Assembly (NCBI GenBank): GCA_016860985.1
Contig: BOKM01000001.1
Location: 719,462 to 783,461 of the forward strand
DNA: 64,000 nucleotides
Direction of reading: 5' to 3'
Source of the DNA: Patescibacteria group bacterium
Lineage (GTDB): Bacteria > Patescibacteriota > Dojkabacteria > GCA-002793355
Positions 40,027 through 49,763 of this stretch are shown here, piece after piece (the first letter of the stretch is position 1; every line of letters begins with the position of its first letter). A program made the position numbers and the translations under genes. The notes under the pieces are model-generated. The model saw nothing but the letters and a program-made list of their open reading frames with translations, did no database searches and had not been told where the DNA came from.

Positions 40027-41245
40027 CCACGAAGTACCGAATATTCATCTTGAGGGTAAAGATAGCGTCGGAAAGGGTGATGCAGCAAAAAACACGGTCG
40101 CATCGCTACTATTTTCAAAAGAGATTCACTTTGAAGGGAGGAGTTATTCACCACAAGATGTTGTCGTTTTGCAAACGGATTTCCCTCAATATTGGGGTTT
40201 AGGGGCATTGATTAGAAAAATGAACAGCAGGCAAGTAGGAGGCAAATATTTTGCAGAAAAAAGCTACTCGCCAGAGGAGACCCTCCATTTAAGAAAGGCA
40301 ATGTACGCGATTGATAGGTTAGTGACCTTGCTTGTGATGGAAAGTATTCCAAAAAATCCTAACAAGCTGTATATTCATATTTCAGATAGAGGTCCATATT
40401 CTCAAACAGTTACCCATGCAGTTTGTTTTACAGAGAAAAATAGATATCTTCATTCGTTAGAATCTGTTGTCGATGCCGATGAATGTTATGTCTCGAGAGT
40501 AAACCCGAGAAGTATCCTTCTTGATGCAGCCGAATCGGGGATAGGTGGAAATGGCGGAAGAGGCGAGCTTGATGAGCTCGAAAAACCACTGTATCAGCAA
40601 CTTTCAGAAAAAGGTTTTGAATGGTTTCTTGAACAACCCGAAGCACATATGACGAAGGTAGTAACTCGAAAAGGGAAGCAGTGGCGACCAAGACAGGAAA
40701 TAGCCACTGAAATACTTGATTCAATTGGCGTTGAATGTACAGAAATGCCAGATTTTGAAAAGTTAAAAGCTAGGGACTTTGCAGGAAAGCGAAGAAGTGG
40801 CAATCTTGTTCAAATTGGAGCAACGGAATTAATGAATTACCTTTATCCGTCGATTTCTCCGGAAGAAAATCTAGAACTTAGCGGTATTCATAATTTTGAT
40901 TTGTGGCGCAAAGTTGCTTATTTTTCAAATGGTGACGATATTTCTCCAATTGTCGGCAATGCTCATGCGGATAAAAAAGAAATTATTGTTAATCACGAGG
41001 AGCTGAATTCCAAACAAATTGGTAGATTTCTCCTAAAAAATCCTCTTGCTCCACGAGCTATACCCGAAGATATTCGATCGTATGCATATTACTTGATTAC
41101 CGAATACACTGGGGGAGAGCTGCTGGAATTAGTACATTATCTTGATAAGCTTCATGCACACGGAAGAGTGTATAGCGAAAGTGAGAGGAGTGGGTATGTA
41201 GAGTTGCTCAGAACCTTATTTGTGCCAGAAGTTAGGTACTGGTGA
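40019..41245 (+). CDS. hypothetical protein with degenerate P-loop-like N-terminus
   Basis: IHLEGKDSVGKGDAAKN loosely resembles the PPK2 / dTMP-kinase Walker A (EG.D..GKG.), but the T/S is replaced by D. Overlaps mnmA by 8 nt. Confidence 0.4.
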   Translation: MSNHEVPNIHLEGKDSVGKGDAAKNTVASLLFSKEIHFEGRSYSPQDVVVLQTDFPQYWGLGALIRKMNSRQVGGKYFAEKSYSPEETLHLRKAMYAIDRLVTLLVMESIPKNPNKLYIHISDRGPYSQTVTHAVCFTEKNRYLHSLESVVDADECYVSRVNPRSILLDAAESGIGGNGGRGELDELEKPLYQQLSEKGFEWFLEQPEAHMTKVVTRKGKQWRPRQEIATEILDSIGVECTEMPDFEKLKARDFAGKRRSGNLVQIGATELMNYLYPSISPEENLELSGIHNFDLWRKVAYFSNGDDISPIVGNAHADKKEIIVNHEELNSKQIGRFLLKNPLAPRAIPEDIRSYAYYLITEYTGGELLELVHYLDKLHAHGRVYSESERSGYVELLRTLFVPEVRYW

Positions 41246-41759
41246 GCGTGCCTTTTATAAATGGAGCCTTCTTCTGTGTATAAAACCCCATTCGTTTTAT
41301 CAGTATTCGCAGGTATTTTTTTGCTTTCTTTTTTGAAGAGAACTCTGTTGCGAGTGCTACATTCGTTTCCTCAGAGGTAAAAAATCGTTTGAGTACTTTT
41401 TGGTAGGGCTTGGGGTAGATCTGGTAGGCACGTTTTACTTCAATTCTTTTTGCTAGAAGAGTTGTCGATAGCTGTAATAGCTCCATTTTATCAAAGCTTT
41501 TCGACTGTGTAGCCAAATCAGGAGAGGTAAATAGAGCAACAAGGTGGGCAAGCGTAGGCAGCGTCAAAGATTGTACTTTTTGCATACCGAAGATTATGGT
41601 TTTGGGCACAGTTTCTAGCATATCTTGCTCATCAAAGGCTAGGGTTGGGTATTTTTTTTCAAAATAATTTTTTAGCTCAAGCAAAACTGCATCTGCAGGA
41701 AGTGTTCCTTCTTTAAATTCTTTCTTTCTTTTTGTTTGAAAGGGCACGAGTTCCGTCAT
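41232..41759 (-). CDS. hypothetical protein
   Basis: Internal start MTELVPFQ at 41759, chosen to avoid overlap with the CsoR-like gene. Confidence 0.35.
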   Translation of the reverse strand: MTELVPFQTKRKKEFKEGTLPADAVLLELKNYFEKKYPTLAFDEQDMLETVPKTIIFGMQKVQSLTLPTLAHLVALFTSPDLATQSKSFDKMELLQLSTTLLAKRIEVKRAYQIYPKPYQKVLKRFFTSEETNVALATEFSSKKKAKKYLRILIKRMGFYTQKKAPFIKGTLTST

Positions 41760-41834
41760 GTTCGTATTGTACGCCAAGTCAGAAATATTCGCAAAACGTT
41801 GACGGAGATACCCCTGGGGGTATATACTGAAGGC

Positions 41835-42065
41835 ATGAAACAAGAGGTCCGGGACCAACTCATTAACCGTCTAAAACGTATCGAAGGTCAGGTAAAAGCA
41901 GTACAGCGAATGATTGAAGAGGAATCAAACGAACCAAAACAGGTACTGACGCAACTGACTGCGGTTATCTCATCTTTAGAAACTACAAAAATCGCCTTGG
42001 TCGAAGAATATACTAAGGAAAAGATTATGGCTTCGCTTGATAGTCTTTCCGACCTTTTGAAATAG
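41835..42065 (+). CDS. CsoR/RcnR/FrmR-family (DUF156) transcriptional repressor-like protein lacking the canonical Cys
   Basis: LINRLKRIEGQVKAVQRMIEEE...QLTAVISSLETTKIALVEEY matches the RL.RIEGQ.RGI..M fingerprint. The usual metal-ligand Cys is absent. Confidence 0.6.
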   Translation: MKQEVRDQLINRLKRIEGQVKAVQRMIEEESNEPKQVLTQLTAVISSLETTKIALVEEYTKEKIMASLDSLSDLLK

Positions 42066-42097
42066 TAGGGCGCTCTTGTGGGTGCTATAATCACGGT

Positions 42098-42691
42098 ATG
42101 CAACTGTCAAAACTCAAGAAAATTAATGCGATTCAATTAGAGGTTCGCGATACAAAGGTTATCTGGCTAATAGATACCGTTATGACTCCCTCGGATATCG
42201 ACGGAAAAATTCCAGAAGGTACTGATGTCTTTTTAGTTAACCGTACAGAGCCCTTTACCTCTGCCTCCGAAGTAGAGAAGTGGGATTTATATTCACAAAG
42301 AATCAAGTCTGAAAGAAATACAGTTATCATCTTTTCAGCCGGAGAGTATCGAGTAAAAGATGTTCACCTAAAAGGTAGTAGCCTTGATCCAAAGGTCCAC
42401 TTTGTTGTTGAAACCCCAGAAGGCAGTGTTGGATTCTTTCAATCTGAACCAAGTGATTCATTTATTAAACAATATGCACCAATCGATGTCATCGTTGGAA
42501 GAGACATGGCATTAGCAGGTGTCCAGCTCGATTTTGAGCCTTTCTATGTTGTACTTGCTACGTTCTCCGAAGAATACCAAAAGAAGAGTGGCGTGAGCGA
42601 AGTAACCTCAAACGACAAGCTTTCGGTAAAGAAGATTGACCAAGCGGCACGAGAAGGTACCGTGAGTATGTCAGTTTATTCGTTGGCATAA
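42098..42691 (+). CDS. hypothetical protein (197 aa)
   Basis: Open frame with no recognised motifs. Confidence 0.4.
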   Translation: MQLSKLKKINAIQLEVRDTKVIWLIDTVMTPSDIDGKIPEGTDVFLVNRTEPFTSASEVEKWDLYSQRIKSERNTVIIFSAGEYRVKDVHLKGSSLDPKVHFVVETPEGSVGFFQSEPSDSFIKQYAPIDVIVGRDMALAGVQLDFEPFYVVLATFSEEYQKKSGVSEVTSNDKLSVKKIDQAAREGTVSMSVYSLA

Positions 42692-43743
42692 TGTCGAGCG
42701 CAGACTTACTCTCATTCGAAAATAAAACGTCTCCAAACTCTTTATTCGCTATTACCGCTGCCATAGTTACAGAATTGGAAGGGGAACGTTTTGCTGAAAC
42801 AAAAAAATACGAACCTGCCGCAGTGGCTCCAGCAGAAAAAGTAATAAAAGAGAAGCTACAACTCCCAGAGTTCGACCAAGATGAAGTACCGTTTGCCGAG
42901 TATACACAAGGATTGCTCCACGAAGAAGATGAGTATACAGACGAAAAACCATGGAAATTACGTTGGAAATTGGGCGAGGGGCATATACCAGTTTTAAATG
43001 CAAACTCCGCTCTTCCACAAGCGCTTTCTGCAAAAAGCGCAAAAGAGGTTCACAATACTCTCTACTTTAGAAACAAACTTGGTGCAGTGCTCGACGCCTT
43101 TGAAATGAACACTCCCGAGCGTGAGCAAATGCTTGCCTTTTGGGATGGCAAACCCGGATTTGCGGCAGGTTTTACGAAAAGCATTGTGCCACTTTTGGCG
43201 TTACGAGAACTTGCCTCCAAAGAACGAACGGAGGATATTGACCATTACATGGACGACTATTACTGGAGAGTATCGCTTGCAAAATCAGAGAAAACACGTG
43301 ATCCAGTTAATTACCGAGTTGCTGCCGTTTTATCGGTGCTCGCGCGTCAAAAAGAGACTGGTTTTACACTAGATACAGTGGAGGATATATTCGATACTTT
43401 CAAGCTTGTAGATAAAGATGGCGAAATACAACACAGAACAAAAGCACGAGAGTTACTCACTCGCTGTGTTGCGGAGCAGTCGCTTGTACCGATGTTCGAA
43501 GAAAACGCCAGAATAGTGGGGAGATTGATATTGCAAGGGTATTATAATTCGCGCAAAAAAGACTTACTCTCTGGATTTATTGATGTACCTGAACATGAAT
43601 TATACAAACGAATTCTTAACGAAATGGTGGTACTGGCATTGCTCAAGGTTACTCCAACTCATCCTGTATTTGAAAGATTGCAGAATATGGATTCGGAAAA
43701 ATTGGACGCGATTGTAGACGGCTTGTTTACTGTGGCGAAATAA
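42691..43743 (+). CDS. hypothetical protein (350 aa, soluble)
   Basis: Open frame starting on the nucleotide after the previous stop. Confidence 0.45.
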   Translation: MSSADLLSFENKTSPNSLFAITAAIVTELEGERFAETKKYEPAAVAPAEKVIKEKLQLPEFDQDEVPFAEYTQGLLHEEDEYTDEKPWKLRWKLGEGHIPVLNANSALPQALSAKSAKEVHNTLYFRNKLGAVLDAFEMNTPEREQMLAFWDGKPGFAAGFTKSIVPLLALRELASKERTEDIDHYMDDYYWRVSLAKSEKTRDPVNYRVAAVLSVLARQKETGFTLDTVEDIFDTFKLVDKDGEIQHRTKARELLTRCVAEQSLVPMFEENARIVGRLILQGYYNSRKKDLLSGFIDVPEHELYKRILNEMVVLALLKVTPTHPVFERLQNMDSEKLDAIVDGLFTVAK

Positions 43744-43759
43744 GTGATACACTATAGGT

Positions 43760-45076
43760 ATGGTTCAGAAGATTCCTCCACAGAATATCGAAGTTGAAAA
43801 AAGTCTTTTAGGAGCGATCTTGTTAGATCGAGATGCGCTTGTTCGTGTGCTTACTTTTTTGCGTGCAGAGCATTTTTACGAGAAGCGACATGCCGTAATT
43901 TACGAGGCTATGAAGTCTCTTTTTATGGCTTCAATTTCGATCGATCAGCTTACGTTAACCGACTATTTACAAAAGCAGCATACACTCCAAGAGGTCGGGG
44001 GTCGTTCTTATTTAGTCGAGTTAGTTGAAGGTGTACCAACTTCTGCACACGCAGAGCAATATGCCAAAACAATCAAAGAAAAGGCCCTTAGGCGTAATTT
44101 GATTACCGCAGCAGCAACCATTACCGATCTCGCGTTTGACGAAGAAAAGCCCACAAACGACGTTGTAAATCAATCTCAACACGAGCTGTTTCAGGTTTCT
44201 GTGCAGGGTGTAGACAAAGGTTTTACACATATTAAAGATGTTCTAGCACAGGTTTACGAAGAAGCAGCTGCAGTAGATCCGTCTCAAGGTTCAATGCTCG
44301 GAGTTCCCACGGGATTCCGTGATTTAGATGCAATGTTGGGTGGTTTGCAAAAGTCTGACTTGGTTATTCTTGCAGCTCGACCATCAATGGGTAAAACCTC
44401 TTTGGCACTCGATATGGTCCGAAATATTGCACTTGAAAGTAAAAAAGTTGCATTCTTTTCTCTTGAAATGTCTCAACAACAGCTTGCCTCGAGGCTTCTT
44501 GCGTCACAAAGTGGGGTAGGACTATGGCAGATGCGAACTGGAGGGCTTACAGAAGATGAATTTGCAAAATTATCAGAAGGAACGGGTATTCTTTCTGATT
44601 TGGATATTTCTATCGACGACTCTCCTGGTGCTAATATCGTAGAAATCCGAACAAAAGCCCGAAGATTGTATATGGAGCAGGGTATAGATGCCATATTTAT
44701 TGACTACTTGCAGTTAATCCAAGGGAATGCCCGCGAAGGACGTGTGCAAGAAGTGTCCCAAATCTCACAGGAATTAAAGAACATGGCGCGTGAGCTTAAG
44801 GTTCCTGTTGTGGCGTTGTCACAGCTTTCGCGTAAGACCGAAGATAGACCCGACAAAATGCCACAATTGTCAGATTTACGTGATTCGGGTTCTATCGAAC
44901 AAGATGCAGACGTTGTGATGTTTATCCATCGTGAAGATTATTATGATCCTGAGAGCGAGAAGAAGGGTATCGCAGAGATTAAGATATCAAAGCATCGAAA
45001 TGGTCCAACTGGCTCAGTTGATCTCGCGTGGGTTAAGGAAATGGCCAGCTTTAGGAATCTTGCAAAAGATCAATAG
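43760..45076 (+). CDS. dnaB: replicative DNA helicase DnaB
   Basis: N-terminal domain (EKSLLGAIL), Walker A ARPSMGKTSLAL, Walker B IFIDYLQL, and an Arg-finger region. Confidence 0.9.
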   Translation: MVQKIPPQNIEVEKSLLGAILLDRDALVRVLTFLRAEHFYEKRHAVIYEAMKSLFMASISIDQLTLTDYLQKQHTLQEVGGRSYLVELVEGVPTSAHAEQYAKTIKEKALRRNLITAAATITDLAFDEEKPTNDVVNQSQHELFQVSVQGVDKGFTHIKDVLAQVYEEAAAVDPSQGSMLGVPTGFRDLDAMLGGLQKSDLVILAARPSMGKTSLALDMVRNIALESKKVAFFSLEMSQQQLASRLLASQSGVGLWQMRTGGLTEDEFAKLSEGTGILSDLDISIDDSPGANIVEIRTKARRLYMEQGIDAIFIDYLQLIQGNAREGRVQEVSQISQELKNMARELKVPVVALSQLSRKTEDRPDKMPQLSDLRDSGSIEQDADVVMFIHREDYYDPESEKKGIAEIKISKHRNGPTGSVDLAWVKEMASFRNLAKDQ

Positions 45077-45151
45077 GTATAGGTAGTATCTCATTTAGTC
45101 GATTAGTGCACTTTTTTCTTATGGGACATTCTACCATCTTGTGCTTTTTCT

Positions 45152-45160
45152 TGCTATAAT
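45152..45160 (+). promoter_or_regulatory. extended -10 element TGcTATAAT upstream of tRNA-Leu
   Basis: TGCTATAAT lies 12 nt before the tRNA 5' end; the -35 is weak. Confidence 0.4.
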
Positions 45161-45171
45161 TCCTAATCTTT

Positions 45172-45257
45172 GGGCAGGTGGTGGAATGGCAGACACGGAA
45201 GACTCAAAATCTTCTGCGGGTTACCCCCGCGTGAGGGTTCGACTCCCTCTCTGCCCA
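45172..45257 (+). tRNA. tRNA-Leu (anticodon CAA), class II with long variable arm
   Basis: Hand-folded cloverleaf: acceptor GGGCAGG/TCTGCCC, anticodon stem GAAGA/TCTTC with loop CTCAAAA, variable arm GCGGGttacCCCGC, T-arm GAGGGttcgactCCCTC, discriminator A. Confidence 0.8.
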
Positions 45258-45278
45258 AAGTAGTTCACTTGAAAAATT

Positions 45279-46034
45279 TTGAGTATGTATACACTCCTCG
45301 CACAGGCAGGAACCCCTGCAACAGATATTGGCACCTACTTACAAAGTATGTTTCAACAGGCAATTGGTATTGATGTTATGCTTGCCTTTAAAATGCTTGG
45401 TTTATGGGTTTTTATTATCTGGCTGGTCTTTGCGTTGTGGGTTGCAGTCGATGCAAGTGCACGATACAAACAGTGGCAAGTCGCCGTTTTATGGTTCCTT
45501 TTCGTTCTTCCGTTTAACGTCTTGGGCTTTGTCGGATATTTGTTTATGCGACCTCCAGTTACTATCGATGAGCATCAATGGACCAAACTCGAAAGCAAGT
45601 ATTTAATGCACGAACTTAGTTCTGTAAACGACTGTCCGACTTGTGGGACACTTGTTCCTGTATCGCATAATTTTTGTCCTGTTTGTGGAACTCAAATGAA
45701 TGTAACCTGTGCTAAGTGCGAAGCAACTCAGAGCATTTACCATATTCACTGTACAAATTGTGGCGAAAAGATTGGAGAAGAGCAAAAGCAGGTGTCAAAG
45801 TTAAAGATCGTCTCACACAAGCAGGATATTTTTCAGAAAATCGGCGAAGCAGTAATTGGTACCAAAAATGGATTAGTTCAGAAGTTACGCGATATTCGTA
45901 CAAAAATTACAACTCGTAAGCCAAAAGCACCAAAAGTTGCCCCCGAAGTTACCGCAACCGAAGCAAAGATTGAAGAAAAGTCGCCGGAAACACCAACAGA
46001 AAAAGAAAATACTTCGACCCAAGAAAAAGCATAA
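45279..46034 (+). CDS. membrane protein with PLDc_N-like TM domain and two zinc-ribbon motifs
   Basis: VDASARYKQW...VGYLFMRP resembles the small PLD-N membrane domain. Two CPxCG ribbons follow (CPTCG...CPVCG and CAKCE...CTNCG), then a K-rich tail. Confidence 0.5.
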   Translation: MSMYTLLAQAGTPATDIGTYLQSMFQQAIGIDVMLAFKMLGLWVFIIWLVFALWVAVDASARYKQWQVAVLWFLFVLPFNVLGFVGYLFMRPPVTIDEHQWTKLESKYLMHELSSVNDCPTCGTLVPVSHNFCPVCGTQMNVTCAKCEATQSIYHIHCTNCGEKIGEEQKQVSKLKIVSHKQDIFQKIGEAVIGTKNGLVQKLRDIRTKITTRKPKAPKVAPEVTATEAKIEEKSPETPTEKENTSTQEKA

Positions 46035-46036
46035 TT

Positions 46037-46537
46037 ATGCTGCTTACTGTTGCGCTTATTTGTATCGGTTTCGTGGTACTTTATACAGTGTGGCGTGTTT
46101 TTATATCGACGTGGGGAAGACTTTCTGAATTAGGTATTACACACCGCAACTCTTCCGTAACATATTTCGACAAGATTCTTTACTCAGGACTGTTTGGGTT
46201 GTTGATTTCTCGGATCGTATGGATGGTAATGAATAGAGCAGTGTACGCAGATGTACCTTGGGGAATCTTGCCGTATAGCAGAAGCGCAACTGAGTTTATT
46301 TGGTTCACACTCTTTCCATGGCGCTTTTTTAGAATAACAGAAGGAATTATGCTCCCCCTCCTTTGGGGTTTAATGTGCGCGGGTATTGTATGGCTTATCT
46401 CTATTCCTACGTTCAGGCTGGTTCGTACCTTAAAAATTGAGAAGCGTGGTGTAATGCGAGCTTTTCTTTTGAGAATAGTGGCAGGCACCTTGCTTATGAT
46501 TGGCTATTTTGCTGTATTGATTTATTTTGCCGTATAA
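46037..46537 (+). CDS. hypothetical membrane protein (4-5 TM)
   Basis: Hydrophobic open frame beginning 3 nt after the previous stop. Confidence 0.4.
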   Translation: MLLTVALICIGFVVLYTVWRVFISTWGRLSELGITHRNSSVTYFDKILYSGLFGLLISRIVWMVMNRAVYADVPWGILPYSRSATEFIWFTLFPWRFFRITEGIMLPLLWGLMCAGIVWLISIPTFRLVRTLKIEKRGVMRAFLLRIVAGTLLMIGYFAVLIYFAV

Positions 46538-47620
46538 TTGCGTATGAGATTAGACATGTATCTACAAGAAGCGATAGAGAAGGGATATGGAATTAAGCTC
46601 TCTCGCTCCTATATTGAACGAATTTTAGAAAGTGGAGCAGTCTTATTTAACGACGAAGTTATCAAGAAGAAAGGCTTTGATTTTGATCCTGCTAAGCAGC
46701 TTCCTGTATTGATCGAAGACAAAGTAAAAAACATTATCTCAGTCTACCGTACTGGCAAGAAGCAAGATGAAGAAGCTGGCGCTTGGGATGCAAGCGAAAT
46801 GGGGATCGAATTAGACGAATATAGAGTTCAAAAAGCAGCTGATATACGTCCACGAATCATTTTGGAAACAGACGATATTATCGCGGTCGATAAACCCCAG
46901 GGGGTATCAAGTCACCCCGGAAAGGGAGACCGTGGTGCAGACAGTATGGTGTATCAATTTATCAAATACATGCGCGAAGCTCATAAATATATTCCTCGTG
47001 CAGGTTTACTTCACCGTTTAGATAAAGATACACAAGGCATCCTCCTGTTTGCAAAGAATATGGAAACCTATAATGAGGTAAAATCTCAATTTGAAACTCG
47101 CGGGATTAGTAAATATTACCTTGCTGTTTGTGAAAAAACACCGCGAATGCACGCTTCTTTGACTCAACATCTTTCCTACTTAAAAAAAGCGACGAAAGGT
47201 TCCAAAACCTACAGTGAATACGCAACGACAGAAGAATTGGTTGCAGAAGTAACCTCTTCGCAACGATCCCTTAAGCTAGAAGGGTATATAGGAAGGCGAA
47301 AAGGAACTCCATATATGGTTTATACCCCAGATTCTCACACCGCTCGTGCTCTTGTTGGATCCAAATCGTGTGTAAGTGAAGTATTTGTTATTTCCGAATC
47401 TGACTCTGAAGTACAACTCTTATTCAAACCACATACAGGCAGAACACATCAAATCAGAGCGCAGGCAAGATACCTTGGTGCACCAGTGCAAAACGACCGT
47501 GTATATGGGAACAAAGATACCCTTGGGGGTACAATGAAGCTGTGTGCAATTGCTGTTTCATTGACTCTAAAAGGAGAACAGCAGCAAATCTCGTTGCCGC
47601 TTCAGAAAATCTTCTCGTAA
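46538..47620 (+). CDS. RluA-family pseudouridine synthase (RluD-like, with S4 domain)
   Basis: S4-like N-terminus and the catalytic motif RAGLLHRLDKDTQGILLFAKN. Confidence 0.8.
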   Translation: MRMRLDMYLQEAIEKGYGIKLSRSYIERILESGAVLFNDEVIKKKGFDFDPAKQLPVLIEDKVKNIISVYRTGKKQDEEAGAWDASEMGIELDEYRVQKAADIRPRIILETDDIIAVDKPQGVSSHPGKGDRGADSMVYQFIKYMREAHKYIPRAGLLHRLDKDTQGILLFAKNMETYNEVKSQFETRGISKYYLAVCEKTPRMHASLTQHLSYLKKATKGSKTYSEYATTEELVAEVTSSQRSLKLEGYIGRRKGTPYMVYTPDSHTARALVGSKSCVSEVFVISESDSEVQLLFKPHTGRTHQIRAQARYLGAPVQNDRVYGNKDTLGGTMKLCAIAVSLTLKGEQQQISLPLQKIFS

Positions 47621-48066
47621 ATAAGAATTTTTTATCTTTTAGAGTGTTTTTCTCTAGTCACAGTGTAATAACTATAGGCTAATGTGCGCTGTCATATCAT
47701 AGCGTTGACTCGCTTTATTGAGCGGAATTTCAAGTATTGTTGCACGACGTCAAATAACCGCTATTGAACAAAAAAGGTGTTCGCCAAGTAAGTTCGTTAG
47801 GTTAGAGAAAAATGAGATTTTCTATCTTACTGCATTGATATGGAACAACACGTGGTAAGTATTATGATATTTAAGTGGAAAACCAGAGGAGAAAAATTTG
47901 GAAAACATTGAAAATATAGTGCAAAGCAGGATAAAAAAACGTATCATAAAAGAGTCATTGCGTGTGGCGTTGAAATGATTGGTTATATCAACAGAAATTA
48001 GAAGCATACTATTGTTACTTGTATAGTCGAAAAAGGAATGTACAAAGAAGGTGTTATAATGTACCA

Positions 48067-48693
48067 ATGATTGGGTATCTAAAAGGTAAAGTCCTTCAAA
48101 AGTTTAAAACAGGCAAAAATGTTGTAACGCTCACGCTGCAAGTGACCCCGGAGGGAGAATATGGAATTGGATACGCAGTGCTAGTAACAGAAATGTGTGG
48201 GTCTACTATTCCTGTGCAGTCATTCACCGAACTTTGGACGTATGCGGTTCATTCTGAGAATGATTCTTACCTCATTGGTTTTTCAACTCCAGATAAAATG
48301 AATATATTCTTGGATTTACTAAGTGTTTCTGGGGTCGGTCCGAGAACTGCAATGCTCATTGTTGATTCTGTTGGCGTAGAGCAGATACGGCATGCGCTTG
48401 TGGCCAAAGATGTAAATGTATTTTCGAAGGTTCCAGGAATCGGCCATAAAACTGCTGCAAAAATTGTTGTCGAGCTTTCAGGTCGCGGAGTTGACGTTGC
48501 AAACATGCTGTACCAGTCAAATGTTCAGAACGATTTATCCTCCAACTATGCAGATGTGTATGCAACCTTGCTCAAGTTAGGTTATTCCACGAGTGCGGCC
48601 AAAGAGGCCTTGCAAAGGGCTGCACCGTTACTTCAGGCGAACGAAAACAAAACGACGGCAGAAAAAGTAACGTTAATTCTTGCTAATTCATAA
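48067..48693 (+). CDS. ruvA: Holliday junction DNA helicase subunit RuvA
   Basis: MIGYLKGKV...GIGYAV for the OB domain and two HhH motifs (GVGPRTA, GIGHKTAAKI). Start at ATG 48067. Confidence 0.85.
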   Translation: MIGYLKGKVLQKFKTGKNVVTLTLQVTPEGEYGIGYAVLVTEMCGSTIPVQSFTELWTYAVHSENDSYLIGFSTPDKMNIFLDLLSVSGVGPRTAMLIVDSVGVEQIRHALVAKDVNVFSKVPGIGHKTAAKIVVELSGRGVDVANMLYQSNVQNDLSSNYADVYATLLKLGYSTSAAKEALQRAAPLLQANENKTTAEKVTLILANS

Positions 48694-48695
48694 GT

Positions 48696-49757
48696 ATGAT
48701 TCAGGCTAATTCTGCAGAAAAGGGGCATCTTTTAATAAAGAAACTCGCTAAGGTAGATTCACTCGGCAGCCAGCAGGTGACTACTGATTTTTCACTCAGG
48801 CCAAAGCATCTGAAGGAATTAATTGGACGGGAGAAAGAAAAGCACATACTTTCTTTACTCATTCGCGCAACAAAGAAAAAGTGGGAAAAAGGGGAGAAAG
48901 CAGCAGCAGATCATGTGTTAGTATACGGACCTCCAGGTTTGGGGAAGACTACAATTGCGCATATCTTGTCAAACGAGCTCGGGGTTACAGTAAAAGTAAC
49001 CTCCGGACCAGCAATTGAACGTCAGGCTGATTTAATCGCTATTTTAACCAACCTTGCTGCTGGGGATGTTCTATTTATTGATGAGATTCATAGGCTTCGT
49101 AAGCCCGTTGAAGAACTATTGTACCCAGCAATGGAGGACTTTCAGGTAGATATTATTGTAGGGCAGGGGACTGCTTCGCAATCGGTACGTTTTACCCTTC
49201 CTCCTTTCACGCTCATTGGCGCAACAACCAGAATTGGGCTCCTTTCCTCTCCTTTGCGTGATCGATTTGGCGTATTGTTGCATTTGGATTTTTATTCTGT
49301 TGATGAATTGTCGGCAATGCTACTACGAATCGCGACACACGAAGGTGTTGGAACCGATGCAGACGCTCTGCACGAAATTGCATCTCGAGCACGGGGTACT
49401 GCCCGAATTGCTGTGCGTTTATACAAAAGGGTTAAAGAATATAATGCAGTACACGGTGCAGTAGAACAGTTAACTGCAAATCAAGCTGCAGAAGCACTTG
49501 ATTTGCTCGGAATCGATTCACTTGGATTAGATAGCTTGGATCGTCTGATACTTTCGACCATGATTACCAAATATAATGGCGGACCTTTGGGACTTAAAAC
49601 ACTCGCTGCAGCGGTTGCTGAAGACGAAGAAACCATCGAAACGGTGTACGAACCCTTTTTGATGAGGCAAGGCTTAATAAAAAGAACCCCGCGCGGACGA
49701 GTGGTCACCTCAAAAGCGTACGAACACCTTGGGATTCCCGTAATTTCTGATATATAA
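48696..49757 (+). CDS. ruvB: Holliday junction branch-migration ATPase RuvB
   Basis: Walker A GPPGLGKTT, Walker B FIDEIHRL, sensor and winged-helix regions. Confidence 0.9.
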   Translation: MIQANSAEKGHLLIKKLAKVDSLGSQQVTTDFSLRPKHLKELIGREKEKHILSLLIRATKKKWEKGEKAAADHVLVYGPPGLGKTTIAHILSNELGVTVKVTSGPAIERQADLIAILTNLAAGDVLFIDEIHRLRKPVEELLYPAMEDFQVDIIVGQGTASQSVRFTLPPFTLIGATTRIGLLSSPLRDRFGVLLHLDFYSVDELSAMLLRIATHEGVGTDADALHEIASRARGTARIAVRLYKRVKEYNAVHGAVEQLTANQAAEALDLLGIDSLGLDSLDRLILSTMITKYNGGPLGLKTLAAAVAEDEETIETVYEPFLMRQGLIKRTPRGRVVTSKAYEHLGIPVISDI

Positions 49758-49763
49758 TAACAA

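Noticed and set aside
40019-41245. Calling this ORF a polyphosphate kinase 2 or thymidylate kinase
   Set aside because: Only a loose EG.D..GKG match exists, and the essential Thr or Ser after GKG is replaced by Asp. No lid or Walker B could be recognised, so it is kept as hypothetical.
45170-45373. ORF-track 67-aa ORF MGRWWNGRHGRLKIF...
   Set aside because: It lies entirely over the tRNA-Leu(CAA) gene and its promoter, so it is a spurious translation of a structured RNA gene.
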